DNA of 64,000 nt from Balamuthia mandrillaris (GCA_031835245.2 JAVKOQ020000058.1:62001-126000); one strand, 5' to 3'. Numbered from the stretch's first letter, positions 23,785 to 36,824 are shown. The notes: generated by a model from the letters alone, not told the origin. Numbers and translations are program-made.

Positions 23785-24466
23785 ATGGAAGAACCACAGA
23801 AGGACCTCCAACAACGCTCAGCTCTTCGTTTTGGAGGAAAGAAGGGGAAGAAAGGCAACAAAGTCCATTTCGGTGGCGAAGCAGCCAAAGAAGAAGGAGG
23901 AGGAGATAAAGAGGAAGGGAACGCCGCCCACCAAAGCGTCGTGGCAGGAGAGGACCTACCGCAGGAAACGGTGGTGGACCTCAACCGCCGACAGGAGCTC
24001 TGCCTCCGGTTTGGCCTCGTGAAAGAGAAGCACACCTACGCCACCACCTTCCACGTTCTGCAGAAGGAGAAGGGGGAGAAAGAGGAGAAAGTGAGAGAGG
24101 AGGAGGAAGAAACAGAGCTGCGGCCTCATGTGGGCCCTTTGGTGACAGCTTTGACCGTGCAGCGGCTGCCTGAGCCGGAGAAGGAGGCCGCGGAGGGCAC
24201 CCCCAGCGGGAGAGAAGCTGTTTCCTTCAGGGTCTTCATCCTGCCGCAACGCCACGGACCGTTTGAGGAACACTTTCAGATCCGACGACGACGACGACGA
24301 GGAGGAGGAGGCAATAGCAAAGAGGAAGAGGAAGTTGTGTTGAGAGTGACGGTGACGGCCAAAGTGTTTAGGAGGGACGAGGGCACGCCCTTGTTGAAGA
24401 GACACGTGGCGTGCGTGGCCAGAGCAGAGCACGAAGAAGACAGCGATGCCTCCGACGTTCCATCCT

Positions 24467-24468
<2 letters not shown>
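23785..24468 (+). CDS. ADISSP: ADISSP/C20orf27 (UPF0687)-like protein; intronless
   Basis: KVHF (RVxF-type motif), FGLVKEKHTYATTF, and VLRVTVTAKVFRRDEGTPLLKRHVACV...DSDASD resemble the family C-terminus. Confidence 0.75.
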
Positions 24469-24505
<37 letters not shown>

Positions 24506-25120
24506 ACCGAAAGAAAGACGCTGTGGGGCCAACAAATAAAACAGTTCGCCTCTCTCCCCTGTAGCAACTAGACAAGAGAGGAGAGAGCACGTGCTTTGCG
24601 TGTTGAACAAAAGAAGACAGAGACATAGAAGGCAAGGATGTAATCCTCCACCCCCCTTCCACGTTCTCAGTTTGTATGCTCTTCCTCATCACCATCCCCC
24701 ATCTTCACCGTCCTTCTCTCTCTCTCTGCGTTGTCGCGGCCATGATGCTCCTCCTGCTCTCTTCCTGCTACCACCGTCAAAAGAAGTAGAACAAGCAGAG
24801 GAAGACAGAACAGGAGAAGAGATGAACCGTTCAGGAGAAGAACAAGAACAAGATGAAGAAGAACAAGAAGAAGCGAGATGGAAGAAGAACAAGGATAATT
24901 GTCATTATTTTAGATTTATACCAAAAAAAATGGAAATTTGAAAACTTTCAAACAATCCATAATAATTTCACGTAACTGAAATTATCTACTGATTGTTCCA
25001 AATTATCGGGAAAAGGTGCACGATCGCTTCACCTTTTCTGCACGATCGGTTGTCCGGTCGGCGAAAAAAACGCCCTAAAAACGGCAGACGGAAACAAAAA
25101 AAAAAGAACAACGAAAAGGC

Positions 25121-27323
25121 ATGACCTCCTCCGCCTGCTCCTCCTCTTGGTCCTCTCTGCCGGCAGAGTCGGCGCTGCATGTGATTTCTTTCCTAGCACC
25201 TGCGGACCTGCTTCGTTTTTCCTTGTGCTCGCGGCAATGTTTTGGTACGCATGCATGTTGTTGTTGCACTTCCTCCCTCCTCCCCATCCTTTTCTTCTTC
25301 TCCTTCGTTGACTGCTTCTGCTTCTTCTTGTGCTTCTTGCTTTCCTCCTCCCCCCCCTCCCCCCTCTTCTTCTTGTGTTTCTTCTTCTTTCTTTCTTTCT
25401 TCCTTCGTTCTTCGTTCTTCTCCTACTTCTCTTGTCTGCATCTGCTTCTGGTTCTCTCCTTCTTCTGCTTCTTCTTGTTCTTCTTGTTCTTCTACTTCCT
25501 CGTCCCTATCTTCATCAACATCTTAATCTTCTTCTTCAATTACCTAACGGTAACCACTCTTTTTTTGTTTCTCCAGAACTATGTCAAGATAAAGCCATCT
25601 GGAAAGACCTTTACTCCTCCACCTTTCCTTCCTGGTTCCTGAGAGGCTACTACCGCTATCAACAACAACAACAACCACAAGCCAAAAAAACACACCCACA
25701 CTCACCCGCACCAGCGGTGGAGGGAGCTAGTGCAGCAGGAGAGCTCTCCTGGAAGAATGCCTTTAGGCGGAGCGTCACGTTGGACCGTAACTGGTGGCAG
25801 CTAAGGCACACCACCAAGCACTTGGTGCCAGAGGAGCACGGCCTGCCAGGAGGGTTCCTGAGGCATGCCCTTTCGGCCTGGTCACTTGCTTTGACAAAGG
25901 ACCTTTGGGTGTGCTCTACTGCTGGCGGAGACGTACGTTGTTGATATTCCTCTGTATACTTGGTTGTTGTGGTGTTGTAGTGGTTTGACCCCTTCTTGTA
26001 GTCGTTATCGGTGTGGTTCTTTTTTGTTTTGTGAACTTTCGGGCGGAGAGTATTGTCATTTGACTGTTGCCACACATTCAGTTTGGAGTCTACATCTTTG
26101 GAACCGATTTTGATCTTACCCAAGAAGGGGTCCACCTCGTATGCAAACCTCTCAAGTTTTTGCAACAAGGTCTCAGAGGCCCCCCTTCCTTTATGCATGT
26201 TAAGATTCAGACCCGTTCCGTTTGTGCTAATCTTATCAACTAAACGTTAACAGACTTGGTGAACCAGATCTACCTCGATGGCAACCAACTGCTTACCGTC
26301 TCCCGAGTGCTCAAAGTATGGAACATGCAGGACTATAGCTGCACCAGAGGTGAACCTCGTTGACAACAACACTAAAAGCTCCGACGGCAGCGATGAGGTG
26401 CTTCTCTGCTGCCACTTTCCTGCCTCTCAGCCAAACCTGGTAGTGACAGGCAGCAGCACCAATAGGTCGTTTCTGGTGGACGTTACCTCGGGAACCTGCC
26501 TTAAGACCTTGTACGGGCACAGCGACTTTGTTAATTGCTGTTACACCACGCCCAACGCACAAATGGTAACATTTTGTTCATTCATTGCCGTTCTTCGTGT
26601 TTGTCTTCTTGTACTCGTATTGTGTTTTGTCTGCTTCTTCTGCTTCTTCTCTCTATATTTTTTTTATAAATGGATTGGATGTCTCCTTTTAAGTGCCGCC
26701 GTGCTTATAACTGTGCGTACAGCTTGTCACAGGAGGAGGAGACGCCAGGCTCAACCTGTACGATCTGCCCTCCGGACGTCTGCTCCAAACCTTGAATGCC
26801 CATGCGGACTGTATAAACGAACTGGATGCCTCATCCACCGATCCGATCACCTTGTTCAGTGCTGCTGATGACCACGTATTTCTTGCTTCTTTGCTCCAAT
26901 TCATTTTTTTTCTCTCTTTTATGTTTTATTTCTTTAGCTCTATGAGCTCCGCTCCCCTTTTTGTTGTTGTTGTTGTTTTATTTATATTATTTTTCATTCC
27001 GAACTCTGACCAACGAACAACGTGTTGACTGACAACAAAATCAAACACCAACTCAGTTTGTCAAAGGCTGGGACCTGCGCACAGGCAAGATGCACGTTGC
27101 GATGGAAGCGCACAAGGGTTATATAAGAGCGTTGAAGGTGGAAGGCTGGCGGCTGGTTACAGGCGGGGATGACCAACTGATTCACTTTTGGGACGTGCGT
27201 AACTGCAAAACCCCTGCGCAGACGCTCGACCATCACAACGACCTTGTAAAGTCGATTGACTTTACGGATGCGCTGATGCTGAGCGGTTCCCCCTCAGAGA
27301 TCTACGTTAGCTATTTTGGTTGA
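25121..27323 (+). CDS. F-box/WD40-repeat protein, multi-exon
   Basis: WSSLPAESALHVISFLAPADLLRFSLCSR F-box; WD repeats TLYGHSDFVNCC, AHADCINEL and AHKGYIRAL...VTGGDDQLIHFWD. Confidence 0.88.
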
Positions 27324-28240
27324 GTCCTGAAATGACATCTAACTGAAAATATGTGGAATGATCTGGTGTATGCGAAGTTGTACGGTATTGCCTTATAAGC
27401 GATAGGTTGTGGTACTCTCTTCAGAAAAATAGGATAGTTGCAAGTCCTCCTAAACGCTGAAAAGGATTGTATAAATCTCCAAATTTACCTATTACCATCC
27501 CCTTTTTCTTAAAGGAAACAGGTTAATAAATCTGGCGGAAAGCAGGTTCATTTTGAGGAACCATTTTCTCACTTTTTTCCGTTCGTTCCGCGTCATCTCC
27601 GATCTCGAACGGGAGATTCATTAATTCAGGAAGATTATGACGCAATTCAAGCTGGGTCGCGTTCTGCGTTTCACCAGAAAAAACATAGAATAGGAACCCG
27701 ACAGAAACTGGCCGGAAAATTCAAAGAACGCACCGAAACTGCTGGTTTCCGCGGCCTCCTTCATAATTTTTTTTTCTCTCGTTCACTTTTTCTTTGGTTG
27801 TTGTTTTGTTGGCGCGGAAGAAAGCAGAAAAAATAGAAAAACGGGAAAAGGAGAAAAAAAAAAAGTACAACACCGTTTGCAAGGTTGTATCGCCCAGGAG
27901 AAGAGAGAGCGAGAGGAACGTGCTGGTGGCAGGTTGTAACATTGGGGGGGTGAGTGACAGATAGAAAAAACACCAACAACAACAACAACAAACAAAAGAT
28001 AAAACGGCACAACAAAATTTTTTAAAAAAAAAAAACGGAAGCATCTTCCTTCTTCCGGTCCTATTTATTTATTTTTTTTTCGAGTTTGGTTTTGGTATTG
28101 TTGTTTTTTGAATATTCATTTTCTTTTGTTTTTGGCTTTGTGAAAACGAATAGGAAAAAAAAAATAACAACCAGTCGCAAGAAAGCAGCAAGAAGAAAGT
28201 AAGAAAAGACAAGCCTTTGTTTTTTTTTCCTCAATTCCCC

Positions 28241-28278
<38 letters not shown>

Positions 28279-28639
28279 GTGTTTTTTTTTTTTTTTTTAC
28301 AGTGCAAACTGATTGTTATTTTATGCTTCATAGGAAGAAGAAAGAAAGACCTCTTTCATCTTTTATTATTTGTTGTTTTTGATCAGAGGGGAAAGCAGAT
28401 CTGATTTTTTTTTTCCGGCCGCTTCCAAAAATTTGTATGCTGCTTTTTTTCTCTCGCTCTCTTTTATTCTCTTTGTCACAAAGATTATCACTAACATCAA
28501 CCATCAAACATCAGAGAGTGAACATCACGCCAACTACACCCCCTTCCTGAGCCCGCTCTCGCATCCGTTTTTGTTGCTTGCGGTCAGCTTTCCTCTTGTT
28601 TTTTTTTTGGTACATTTTGTTCGCTGCGTCTTGTTCTTA

Positions 28640-28938
28640 GTTCTTCGTGTTCTTCTTCGTTCCCATTCTTCGTTGTTCTTTTCTTCGTCTTCTCCTTTTC
28701 TTCTTCTTGTTCTTCTTCTTCTTCTTGTTCTTCTTGTTCTTCTTGTTCTTCTTCTTCTTCTTCTTCTTCTTCTACTTGTTCTTGTTCTTCTTGTTCTTGT
28801 TCTTCTTCTTCTTGTTCTTGTTCTTCTTCTTCTTCTTCTTCTTCTTCTTCTTCTTCTTCTTCTTCTTCTTTGTTCTTCTTCTTCTTCTTCTTCTTCTTCT
28901 TCTCTCTTCTTTTCTTCTTCCTTCTCTCTTCTTCTTCT

Positions 28939-29019
<81 letters not shown>

Positions 29020-29040
29020 TTCTTCTTCTTCTTCTTCGTT
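28640..29040 (+). repeat. Compound pyrimidine-rich microsatellite (CTT/GTTCTT/CTTT)n
   Basis: Directly visible ~400 bp tract upstream of the gene at 29165. Confidence 0.95.
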
Positions 29041-29164
29041 CATGCTTCTTGCGTCTTCCTTCTTCTGATGTTCTTCTCTTCCTCGTTCTTCTTCTTGACT
29101 GACCTTCACTGAATGCCCTTTCACTCTTTTTTTTTTCTTTTTCACACAATAGAAAAAAAAAAAA

Positions 29165-30091
29165 ATGGACAATAAGGGAGGCCTTCGTGACCGAGACAAA
29201 CCGATGAGGCCTTTTTGGTTGGAGCTTGCACAACAGCAGCAACAACGTCCTCCACCACGCGGTTCTCTCGAAGAGTTTGCCACTTGCGCCCTCTCTTCGT
29301 CCTCCTCTCCCTCTTCTGCCACATCTTCCGCTTCATTCTCCACTTTGCCACAAATGCAAGGCAGAGCTGCTCTTCCTTCTCCTCATGAACTCTCTTCCTC
29401 CTCTTTCAACCACCTTCACAGTCGGCGGGTTCTCGATCGTGAAACAACAGCAAACCTGAAAGTGAAAGATGAAGAGGAAGAAGCAGAGGAAGGAGAGTGC
29501 GGAACACCGCTTGTGCGACGAACCGCTGCTCCTACCCTGTCCTCCGCTTCCAATATGTTACTTCCACCCACTCGCAACGACGAAGCGAGCGAGGTAGAAG
29601 ACGAAAGAGAAGAGGAAGAACGAGAACAAGAAGAGCAAACAGGAAGTATGCACAACAACAAAACACAAACGCGAACCAGACGAGGACGCGCTATGTCCGA
29701 AACTGCAGCAAAGCGACGAAAACGCATTTCTAGCGTGGATTCTCCTAGTTCTCCTCCCCCCTTTGAGGAAGGAAGCGGTTCCAGCGGTGGCGAAGAGAAC
29801 CATCACAACCACAACCACAACCACGACAACGGCAAGTCCTCTCCTTCTCTGTCGAGCAGCCGACCTCTGTCCCCGTCGCACCACTTGTATTCTTCGGTGA
29901 TGGGATTGGGTCCTCCTTCCTCCTCCTCCACCTCTCAAAACAGTTTGGAAGGGTTAAACATACGCATAGCTGTGCAGCCTCCTTTGAAGACAGTGTATCA
30001 GCGAATTCTCAAACCGTTTCCTGCTGTCGCGCTTATCTATCCTCCTGGTACTTGTTGTATGGCACTTGTTCTTCTTTATTATTCTTATTCT

Positions 30092-30133
<42 letters not shown>

Positions 30134-33100
30134 ACGAGGACCAACCTGTAAATTTGAGCGGATATTTTGTCGAAGCGACACTGTTGCGTGGTGACAACGG
30201 TACACCCATCCCGCAATGTCTTGATGGCAGTTGTATCGTCCGCTTCGAGCGCACCACATGGGGAGATCCATGTGGCGTATACGCAACGTTCAAGAAGCTT
30301 AAGATTTTAAGTACCAGCCAACAGCTGCAGGGCACGCTCCTCCGGCTGAAGTTCACTTTAAAGCGCTATAGTGGCAGTTCTTTTGCCACCATGAACGAAG
30401 TGCCTAATTGCTCTGTAATTTCTCATCCTATTGAAGTATTCTCTCATACGCAGTATTTAAACAAGAAGACGCCCAAAGGTCTCCCTCTCTCTCGCTCGAA
30501 TGGTTTCTTTCGTTTCTAACTTTAAAAAACAATATTAACAGCCAGATCATCTGGTCCGAAGAGGCACAAGAAGCCCTCCGACTCTGCGGTGATGGAACTC
30601 GTACACCAATTCCACAAAACAGAGGACGTCCCCAACAGCGATAATAATGACCATTCGTCACGCTCACGTTCTCGTCGTCGCAGCCTATCCACAACTACTC
30701 CTGCCTCTCCTTCCTTCAACAACAACAACAGCAACAACAACGCTCTCCCTTCAGCTTCACAATATCCTTCATCATCATCATCTTCTTCTTCTTCTGCTAT
30801 CGTTGCTACCACTGTCTCTAATCCTACCTTTGTTTCTTCTTTCGGTTCTTTTCCATCACGCAATAATATTACGAATTCCTCCTCTCTGCCACCGTTTCAT
30901 CCTCAACAACAACAGCAACCATTAGGAAATGAACGTGTTTCTTCTGCAAAGCGTACCAGCACTACAGTTGCTTCATCTACTCGTGATACCTCTTCCAATC
31001 TCCCGTCTCCTTCAACTTCGTTACCTTCATCTGCACCTTCGACGACCACCAACGACAACAATGTGCCAGCTTCTTCTGCCGCAGCGAATAACGTGATTGC
31101 ATCGCTAGTACAAGTCCTACAAACCTTCAAGCAACACGGCGGAAGCAAAGACGTTGTGTTGCGTTGGGTAGATCATGTTTTTAGCAGTGATACACCAAGT
31201 TTGAATGACCTGAAAGTGAGTGTTTTAAACGAGGAAGATAGTCTTCACCACGTTCAGCACAACAAGGACAGAGAAAACGAAAGGCTTCTTCGTCAGAACG
31301 ACGTTCAACGAGCAACCGATTATATCAACACGTCTACTAACCACAACGATAGCGACAAACGAGCACCTTTAGTGCAACAACACAAAGAAGCTGCTACTGC
31401 AAGACCTAGTACTCAACCGCAACCACCACCTCAACATCAACAACAACCAAAAACGAGAAGCGGCAACAAACGAAGCAGAACTCGCGTTACTTCTTCTACA
31501 ACCCTTATTACTAGCGATGGAGTGCAGACCACCACCTCCGTTACATCCGCTGCTGGAGACAAGTTTGCAGCAACCGGGTCCAACGGTGGAGAATTGTACG
31601 CTCACACTGATGCGACCCGTTCTCCCCAAGATAGCGGTCTTGCTCTCTCTCCTTCTGTTACTTCTTCTAAACGAACTAAAGTCGAAGAACAAGGAACGGA
31701 GGAAAAGAAGAAGAAAGGATGGTCGAAGCTGGAAGCGTTGGCATACACCAGCATTAGCTCTCTATGCCAGGAGCTGAACGAATACAGTGATGACGGTGAA
31801 CGCAACGACAGTAAAATACGCACAGGACCTGTTGTTCTGCCGCCTTTGATGGATTTTGACAAAGGGCCTCAGCAACAACACCTCCACCAACATCTTCAAT
31901 ACCTCACCTCTTATCCCAGCAACAAGGACAACGCCTCGCAACAGCACACCACCAAACTTACCTTTACTACCATGAACGACAACAATGGCTATAACCTTCC
32001 AACAACGACGGACGCACCCGTCACTTCTTCTGCTTCTATGCTTACCCCAGCTAGTATCCAACCGGCTGCATTTTTAGACCCGTCATCCACATCGGACGAA
32101 ATGAATCGTCATCGTCACAATACCCGTCTTCGTTTGCAGACCGAAGGTAAGCTAGTCCCGTTAAAGTTGCCTTCGCCTCCAGCAACGAACCATCAACATT
32201 CTTCAGAAGATGAGGCTTTTTTGTTGCAAGCTCTTTTTTCGGAACTTCAGGTTTTCATCCCTTCTTTTCCTTTCTTTTTTCTTTCATTATCAAAATACTT
32301 TGTTTTTGTTCTAATTTTCTCCGTTTTTATCCAGCTAACCCAAAATCAAACACTCTATCCTTTCTTTCTCTCCCTCGCTATCTCTCGTTCTCTCTCTCTC
32401 TTGCTCTCTGCCAAACACTTCAATATACACAGAATAACAGGATAACGTGGGCCGAGTTCCGTCAACACCTTCAGAAATCAGTTGGTCAGACGCGCGCTGG
32501 TGAGATCCTTCAATCTTTACAGCAAGACAAGCTCAGCTGTCCAGAGTGGTTGCGGAGGATTATTATAACTGCTGAGGAAGAGCAAAGTCGAGATGCAAGC
32601 TCGCTCCGCCCTCCTCCTAAACGATCATCGCTGTCTGCTAATAGCGGGTACGTAACCATTTTTATTTATTCCAAAACTCATTGTTATAATTGACTTGATT
32701 GATTTTTTCCTTTTTCTTTTCACTTCCATTTTTTATTAAAGGTATGAAAGCGATAGCAATGAGTCATCTACTCCAGCAGAAAGCAACAACCCCTCCTTTG
32801 ACAAGTCAGCCTTTCCTTCTTCCTCCCTCTCCTCTCATCTTCCTCTCCCTTCCGTTACAAACGTACCAGTATCACCGCACCATCCGCCGAAATTGATGAC
32901 GACCACCCCAAATAATAACACCACCAACAACAATCAATCCGTTATTATATTGCCCCCGTTGGAGGCCTCCACTCTTCAGTCCTACCACCACCATCCGCAT
33001 CATCTCCACTTTCATACTCCTCAGCAACAGCAACAACATTCTCTTTCTTCTGTTATTGTTGGCGGTAGCAACAGCGAGGATGGTAACCTTCGCTTACCTC

Positions 33101-33279
33101 CACCTTCTTCACTTGTGGAAGAAGCATCTCCTGCTTCTTCTTCGAGTACTTCTCAAATCCAATCACCAACATGCCATCGTCATCACCATCGGAGACATCA
33201 TCGCCGGCGACGACATCCTCACCCTTCTGTCTCTGCTGCTACCACTACCACAACCATTACGCACCGGTGTAATGGTTAA
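29165..33279 (+). CDS. Putative transcription factor: Ig-fold (velvet/Rel/CudA-like) DNA-binding domain plus RST-like helical domain in a low-complexity protein; multi-exon
   Basis: IRIAVQPP...ILKPFPAVAL...YFVEATLL...LDGS...GVYATFKKLKI...GTLLRLKFTL...VISHPIEVFSH; later ALFSELQ|NNRITWAEFRQHLQKSVGQTRAGEILQSLQ. Confidence 0.65.
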
Positions 33280-34367
33280 CAAAACTCAGCACGGTCAGAT
33301 GTGTATAGTTTTTTTTTCCCTCCCTTCACATATGTGCGTAAAAACCTCTCACTCAGCCCAACCACCAAAAATTTTGTGTTTTCTATTGTTTTTTATTGAT
33401 TGTTTTAAAAATTTAAAAATTTTGATAATGACGCAAATGGCAAATCACACAAGCGCAATATGTCGATAATTATGATGGGCAATTTGCCGATTCTCGCCGC
33501 TTTTTTCGGCTAATAATCTTAATTTCGATAAAATATCGGAATGAAATATCGTCGGTTGTAATACTTTTAAATTGGAAGCGATTGCTTTCGGGTATTGTTG
33601 GATAATTATCTGGCCAATGGGACCAACATCTCTGCTATTGGGATTCTGTTAAAAAGAGAAATACCCGCGATTAAACATTTTTTTTATTCGCCATTTTGTT
33701 TTATGAGCGCGTTTTTTCATCAACCCTCCTTTTCGCGAAGCCTAGGACACCACCACCCCCCCTCCCCCTTTCTTGCTCCATTCAAACAAGTTTTTTTTCT
33801 TTTTTCTTAACTACCGAAAATTACTTTTTCGTTCTCTCTGCCAAACCAACCGTATAACTCACACGCTCCTTCTTAGCGCAATAAAGGGTTAACCTCTCGT
33901 AATAGCACCATTAAACATCCGGTCGCCCCCACCGAAACGTTACTTAAACCCGAACCTCTTTTTTGTTTTTTTCTTTTTCTTTTTCTTTCATTTTAAACAA
34001 CAACACAAACACCCAAAGTTCTGTTGCACTCTCTGCTTTTGCATTGTTTTTTTTTTTTTTGTGTGTGTGTGAAGACAAGGAACATTACCAAAGAATCCTT
34101 TTCTTAGTTATTTTATCTTTATTTTATTTACTACCAGCAATTATTTTTTTTCTTTTGTTTTTTTTGGACAAAAAAAAAAACACACTCTCAACCCACACAA
34201 CCTCCTCCTCACCTCCAAACACCTTTCCAGTCGAACCCATCTTCTCCAAACCACGAACCTCTCCCTCCCAAACTATTCCTCTTCTTCCTAACCCCATTCC
34301 ACCCGAATAATTTTTTTTCGTTTGTTGTTGTCGTACTTTATCGCAACGACTTTTAATATTCATTTAA

Positions 34368-35534
34368 ATGAACCCCAGCCAGGCCTCCTCCAGCTATTCT
34401 CCGAGGGGGCAGGGTCCAGCCAATTTGAATCATAATACTTCCATTCGCCATTCTCATCGCCCCACAACAACAACTTTTCCTCCCGCTCCTCCCTCCTCTT
34501 CTGCTTCTTTTCCCGTTTGGACTGCCATTCCCTCGGCGGCCACGTCGACGAGCAAACCACCGCTTAAACCCAAAGCCAGGAGAAGCGGCAGCCCTCTGCT
34601 GGCAGAGCCACAACAATCCCCTCTCAGCCCCTCCCACAACCACAGCCAGGACCAACTGCACGCCTACCTTCTCATCGGGCTGTGGAGTTCATCATCTTCT
34701 TCTTCGTCTCCCTCTCCTCAACGACAACAAATACGGACTCCCTCCGCCTCCCCTGCTCCTCAGACCGCAATGACTTCCGTTCAGCAATTGAGCAGTGGGA
34801 GCCTCGGTGATAAATGCCAGGAGAAGCTAAGAGTAAAAGAAGAGGAAGAGGAGGAGCAGGAGGAGGCAGGCCAAAAGGTGGTCTTGCCTTCCATCCAATC
34901 TTTGCTTCCCTCTTTCTTTTGTAATGCCCCTGCCGCTGCCACGCTCAAACTTCCAACACCTCCCTCTACCCCTCCACGCCTTCCTCATCTGCTGCCGCAA
35001 CTTGCAGCTGCGTCCGCGGTGGAGTGCCCGCAGACTTCTTTCGACTTTAGCTCCAACTCCTCCCTTTGGTTGCCTCAGCCCAACTACAACGAGCCCTCCG
35101 CTTCTTTGCTTCCTGCCCCTTCCTCTCCTGCTTCTGAACACAACCCCTATTCTCGGTCCTCTTCCCCTCTGAAACGCAAAGAAGCCTCTGGCCAAGAGGA
35201 GAGCGAAGACAACAACAACACCGCCGCCGAAGGAGGAAGAAAGAAAAAGAGACTACGCTGCGCCACCACGGAGGAGGAAGGAGCCCTGCTGGAGGGCGTC
35301 TTCCAGAAGACCCCCTTTGTGCGTGCCGAGCTGAAATCGCAGATAGCCAAGAGCTTGGGCTGGACGGAGCGACGAGTGAAAGTGTGGTTCCAGAACAGGA
35401 GGGCCAAGGAGAGAAGAGCGGCGGAGAAGGCTAAAGTGCCCCCTCCTCCTTCTTCTTCTTCCCAAGCTTCTCCATCGGGTGTCATCGTGCCTAAACCGGT
35501 CGTCGTTGCATCGGCTGCCCCTGGCCGTTGCTAA
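34368..35534 (+). CDS. Homeodomain protein (Q50 class); intronless
   Basis: KKKRLR...LEGVFQKTPF...IAKSLGWTERRVKVWFQNRRAKERR. Confidence 0.93.
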   Translation: MNPSQASSSYSPRGQGPANLNHNTSIRHSHRPTTTTFPPAPPSSSASFPVWTAIPSAATSTSKPPLKPKARRSGSPLLAEPQQSPLSPSHNHSQDQLHAYLLIGLWSSSSSSSSPSPQRQQIRTPSASPAPQTAMTSVQQLSSGSLGDKCQEKLRVKEEEEEEQEEAGQKVVLPSIQSLLPSFFCNAPAAATLKLPTPPSTPPRLPHLLPQLAAASAVECPQTSFDFSSNSSLWLPQPNYNEPSASLLPAPSSPASEHNPYSRSSSPLKRKEASGQEESEDNNNTAAEGGRKKKRLRCATTEEEGALLEGVFQKTPFVRAELKSQIAKSLGWTERRVKVWFQNRRAKERRAAEKAKVPPPPSSSSQASPSGVIVPKPVVVASAAPGRC

Positions 35535-35938
35535 CCACCCTCACGTTTTTTTGCAACTGATGTTACCTCTTCTCTCTGCTTTATCTTGTTCATGTTTCAT
35601 TTCCCCTTGCCTTGTTTATTTATTTTTTTCAACCAAACAATGACTTCATTGTTCGTGCTTGCACCCAAAAGAACCACACCACTCCTTTCTTTTCTGTTTT
35701 GTTCCCCGATCGATCTTAACGCACAAAAAAAGGAAAATATTTCTTAATAGGAACAAATGAAGTCCGTTGATCGCGGGCACATGTCAGCGAAGTTTCGGTG
35801 GATCGTCCTTGGTGTCGCTCCCATAATCTGAAATCATGTGGCGGGATCTGTTGTTTATCTGCCTTTGCTATCACTTTTTTAGTTTTGGTTTTTAGTTTTC
35901 TCTGCGCTAACGATGCGAAAGAAAAAAAATAACTTGCC

Positions 35939-36055
35939 CCTACGCATGATGGTGTGATGAGAAACCATTTCACAGACCTGTTCTGAATGGGTGCTTCAAA
36001 CTCACCCGCAAAGTGTGGTCGTAAAAATGACTAGAGGACTGACATCGTGTGTAGG
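35939..36055 (+). ncRNA. SNORD25: Box C/D snoRNA, SNORD25/snR56-type guide for 18S rRNA Gm (yeast G1428 equivalent)
   Basis: Terminal stem 35939-35951/36043-36055, box C GTGATGA (35954-35960), guide TCACAGACCTGTT, box D' CTGA (35983-35986) and box D CTGA (36039-36042). The guide is complementary to the conserved 18S sequence AACAGGUCUGUGA. Confidence 0.88.
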
Positions 36056-36185
36056 TAGTGTTTGAGTTGTGAACGCATCGTGCGGCAGAGTAAAACTTTA
36101 CTTTTTGGTTTTTTTTTTCACAAAGATTCGTGAAGCTTGTGCCTCTGCTTCCCTGTTTTTTTTTTTTTTTGGTTCTTTGCTGACC

Positions 36186-36824
36186 CTATGCTTTTGTTTC
36201 CTCTCCTTTTATGACGAGCACTGAACAAGGCGCGTTCTCTACGCAGTGTTGACTGACTGATCCAAGGAACAACCTACCAAACCCCAAAAAAAAAATAAAA
36301 AATAAAAAAATAATAAGGTCAGCCAGCTCTTCCTCAACCGTTGCGGTTGTGGAGTGTTGAAAGTATACCTTGCTACTCGACCCATGCCTCTTCGTCCCAT
36401 GACAAGAACGTCCACTTTCTTCTCCTCTGCCTCGTTCACAATGACCTCCTTTGGATAGCCTTTGCCCAACAACAACGTGTGAGGGATCTATGAATTTGGC
36501 CAAACAAACGACTTGCTGTTTAGCACGCTACGCAAAAAGTGGCAGCAAGAAAGAAGAGAGGAGAAAGAAACGTACACCACAAGCCGTCAGCTCTCGGCCA
36601 TACTTGGCCAGCAACACCTTGCCTTCCTGCTCCACCCTTTCGTTGGCCTTCACCACGTAGGAATAGTCCACATAGGCCCCGCCAGCCCCGCTGACGACGG
36701 CCGTGACCTCCTCCGCCACGAAGAGCACGTAGATGTGGTCCGTTTCTTTGTTGGCCATTTTCTTGGTGGCCTCGAAGGCGTGGCGAGCGTGGTCCGAGGC
36801 ATCTACAGCAACCATGTACTTCAT
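36186..36824 (-). CDS. Universal stress protein A (USP) domain protein, 3 exons
   Basis: YMVAVDASDHA...GYPKEVIVNEAEEKKVDVLVMGRRGMG...FLGSVSQHCVENAPCSVLVIK. Confidence 0.95.

Noticed and set aside
28370..29343. Long ORFs of poly-L/F/S or poly-R/K/E
   Set aside because: Stop-free translations of microsatellite DNA with no protein-like complexity.
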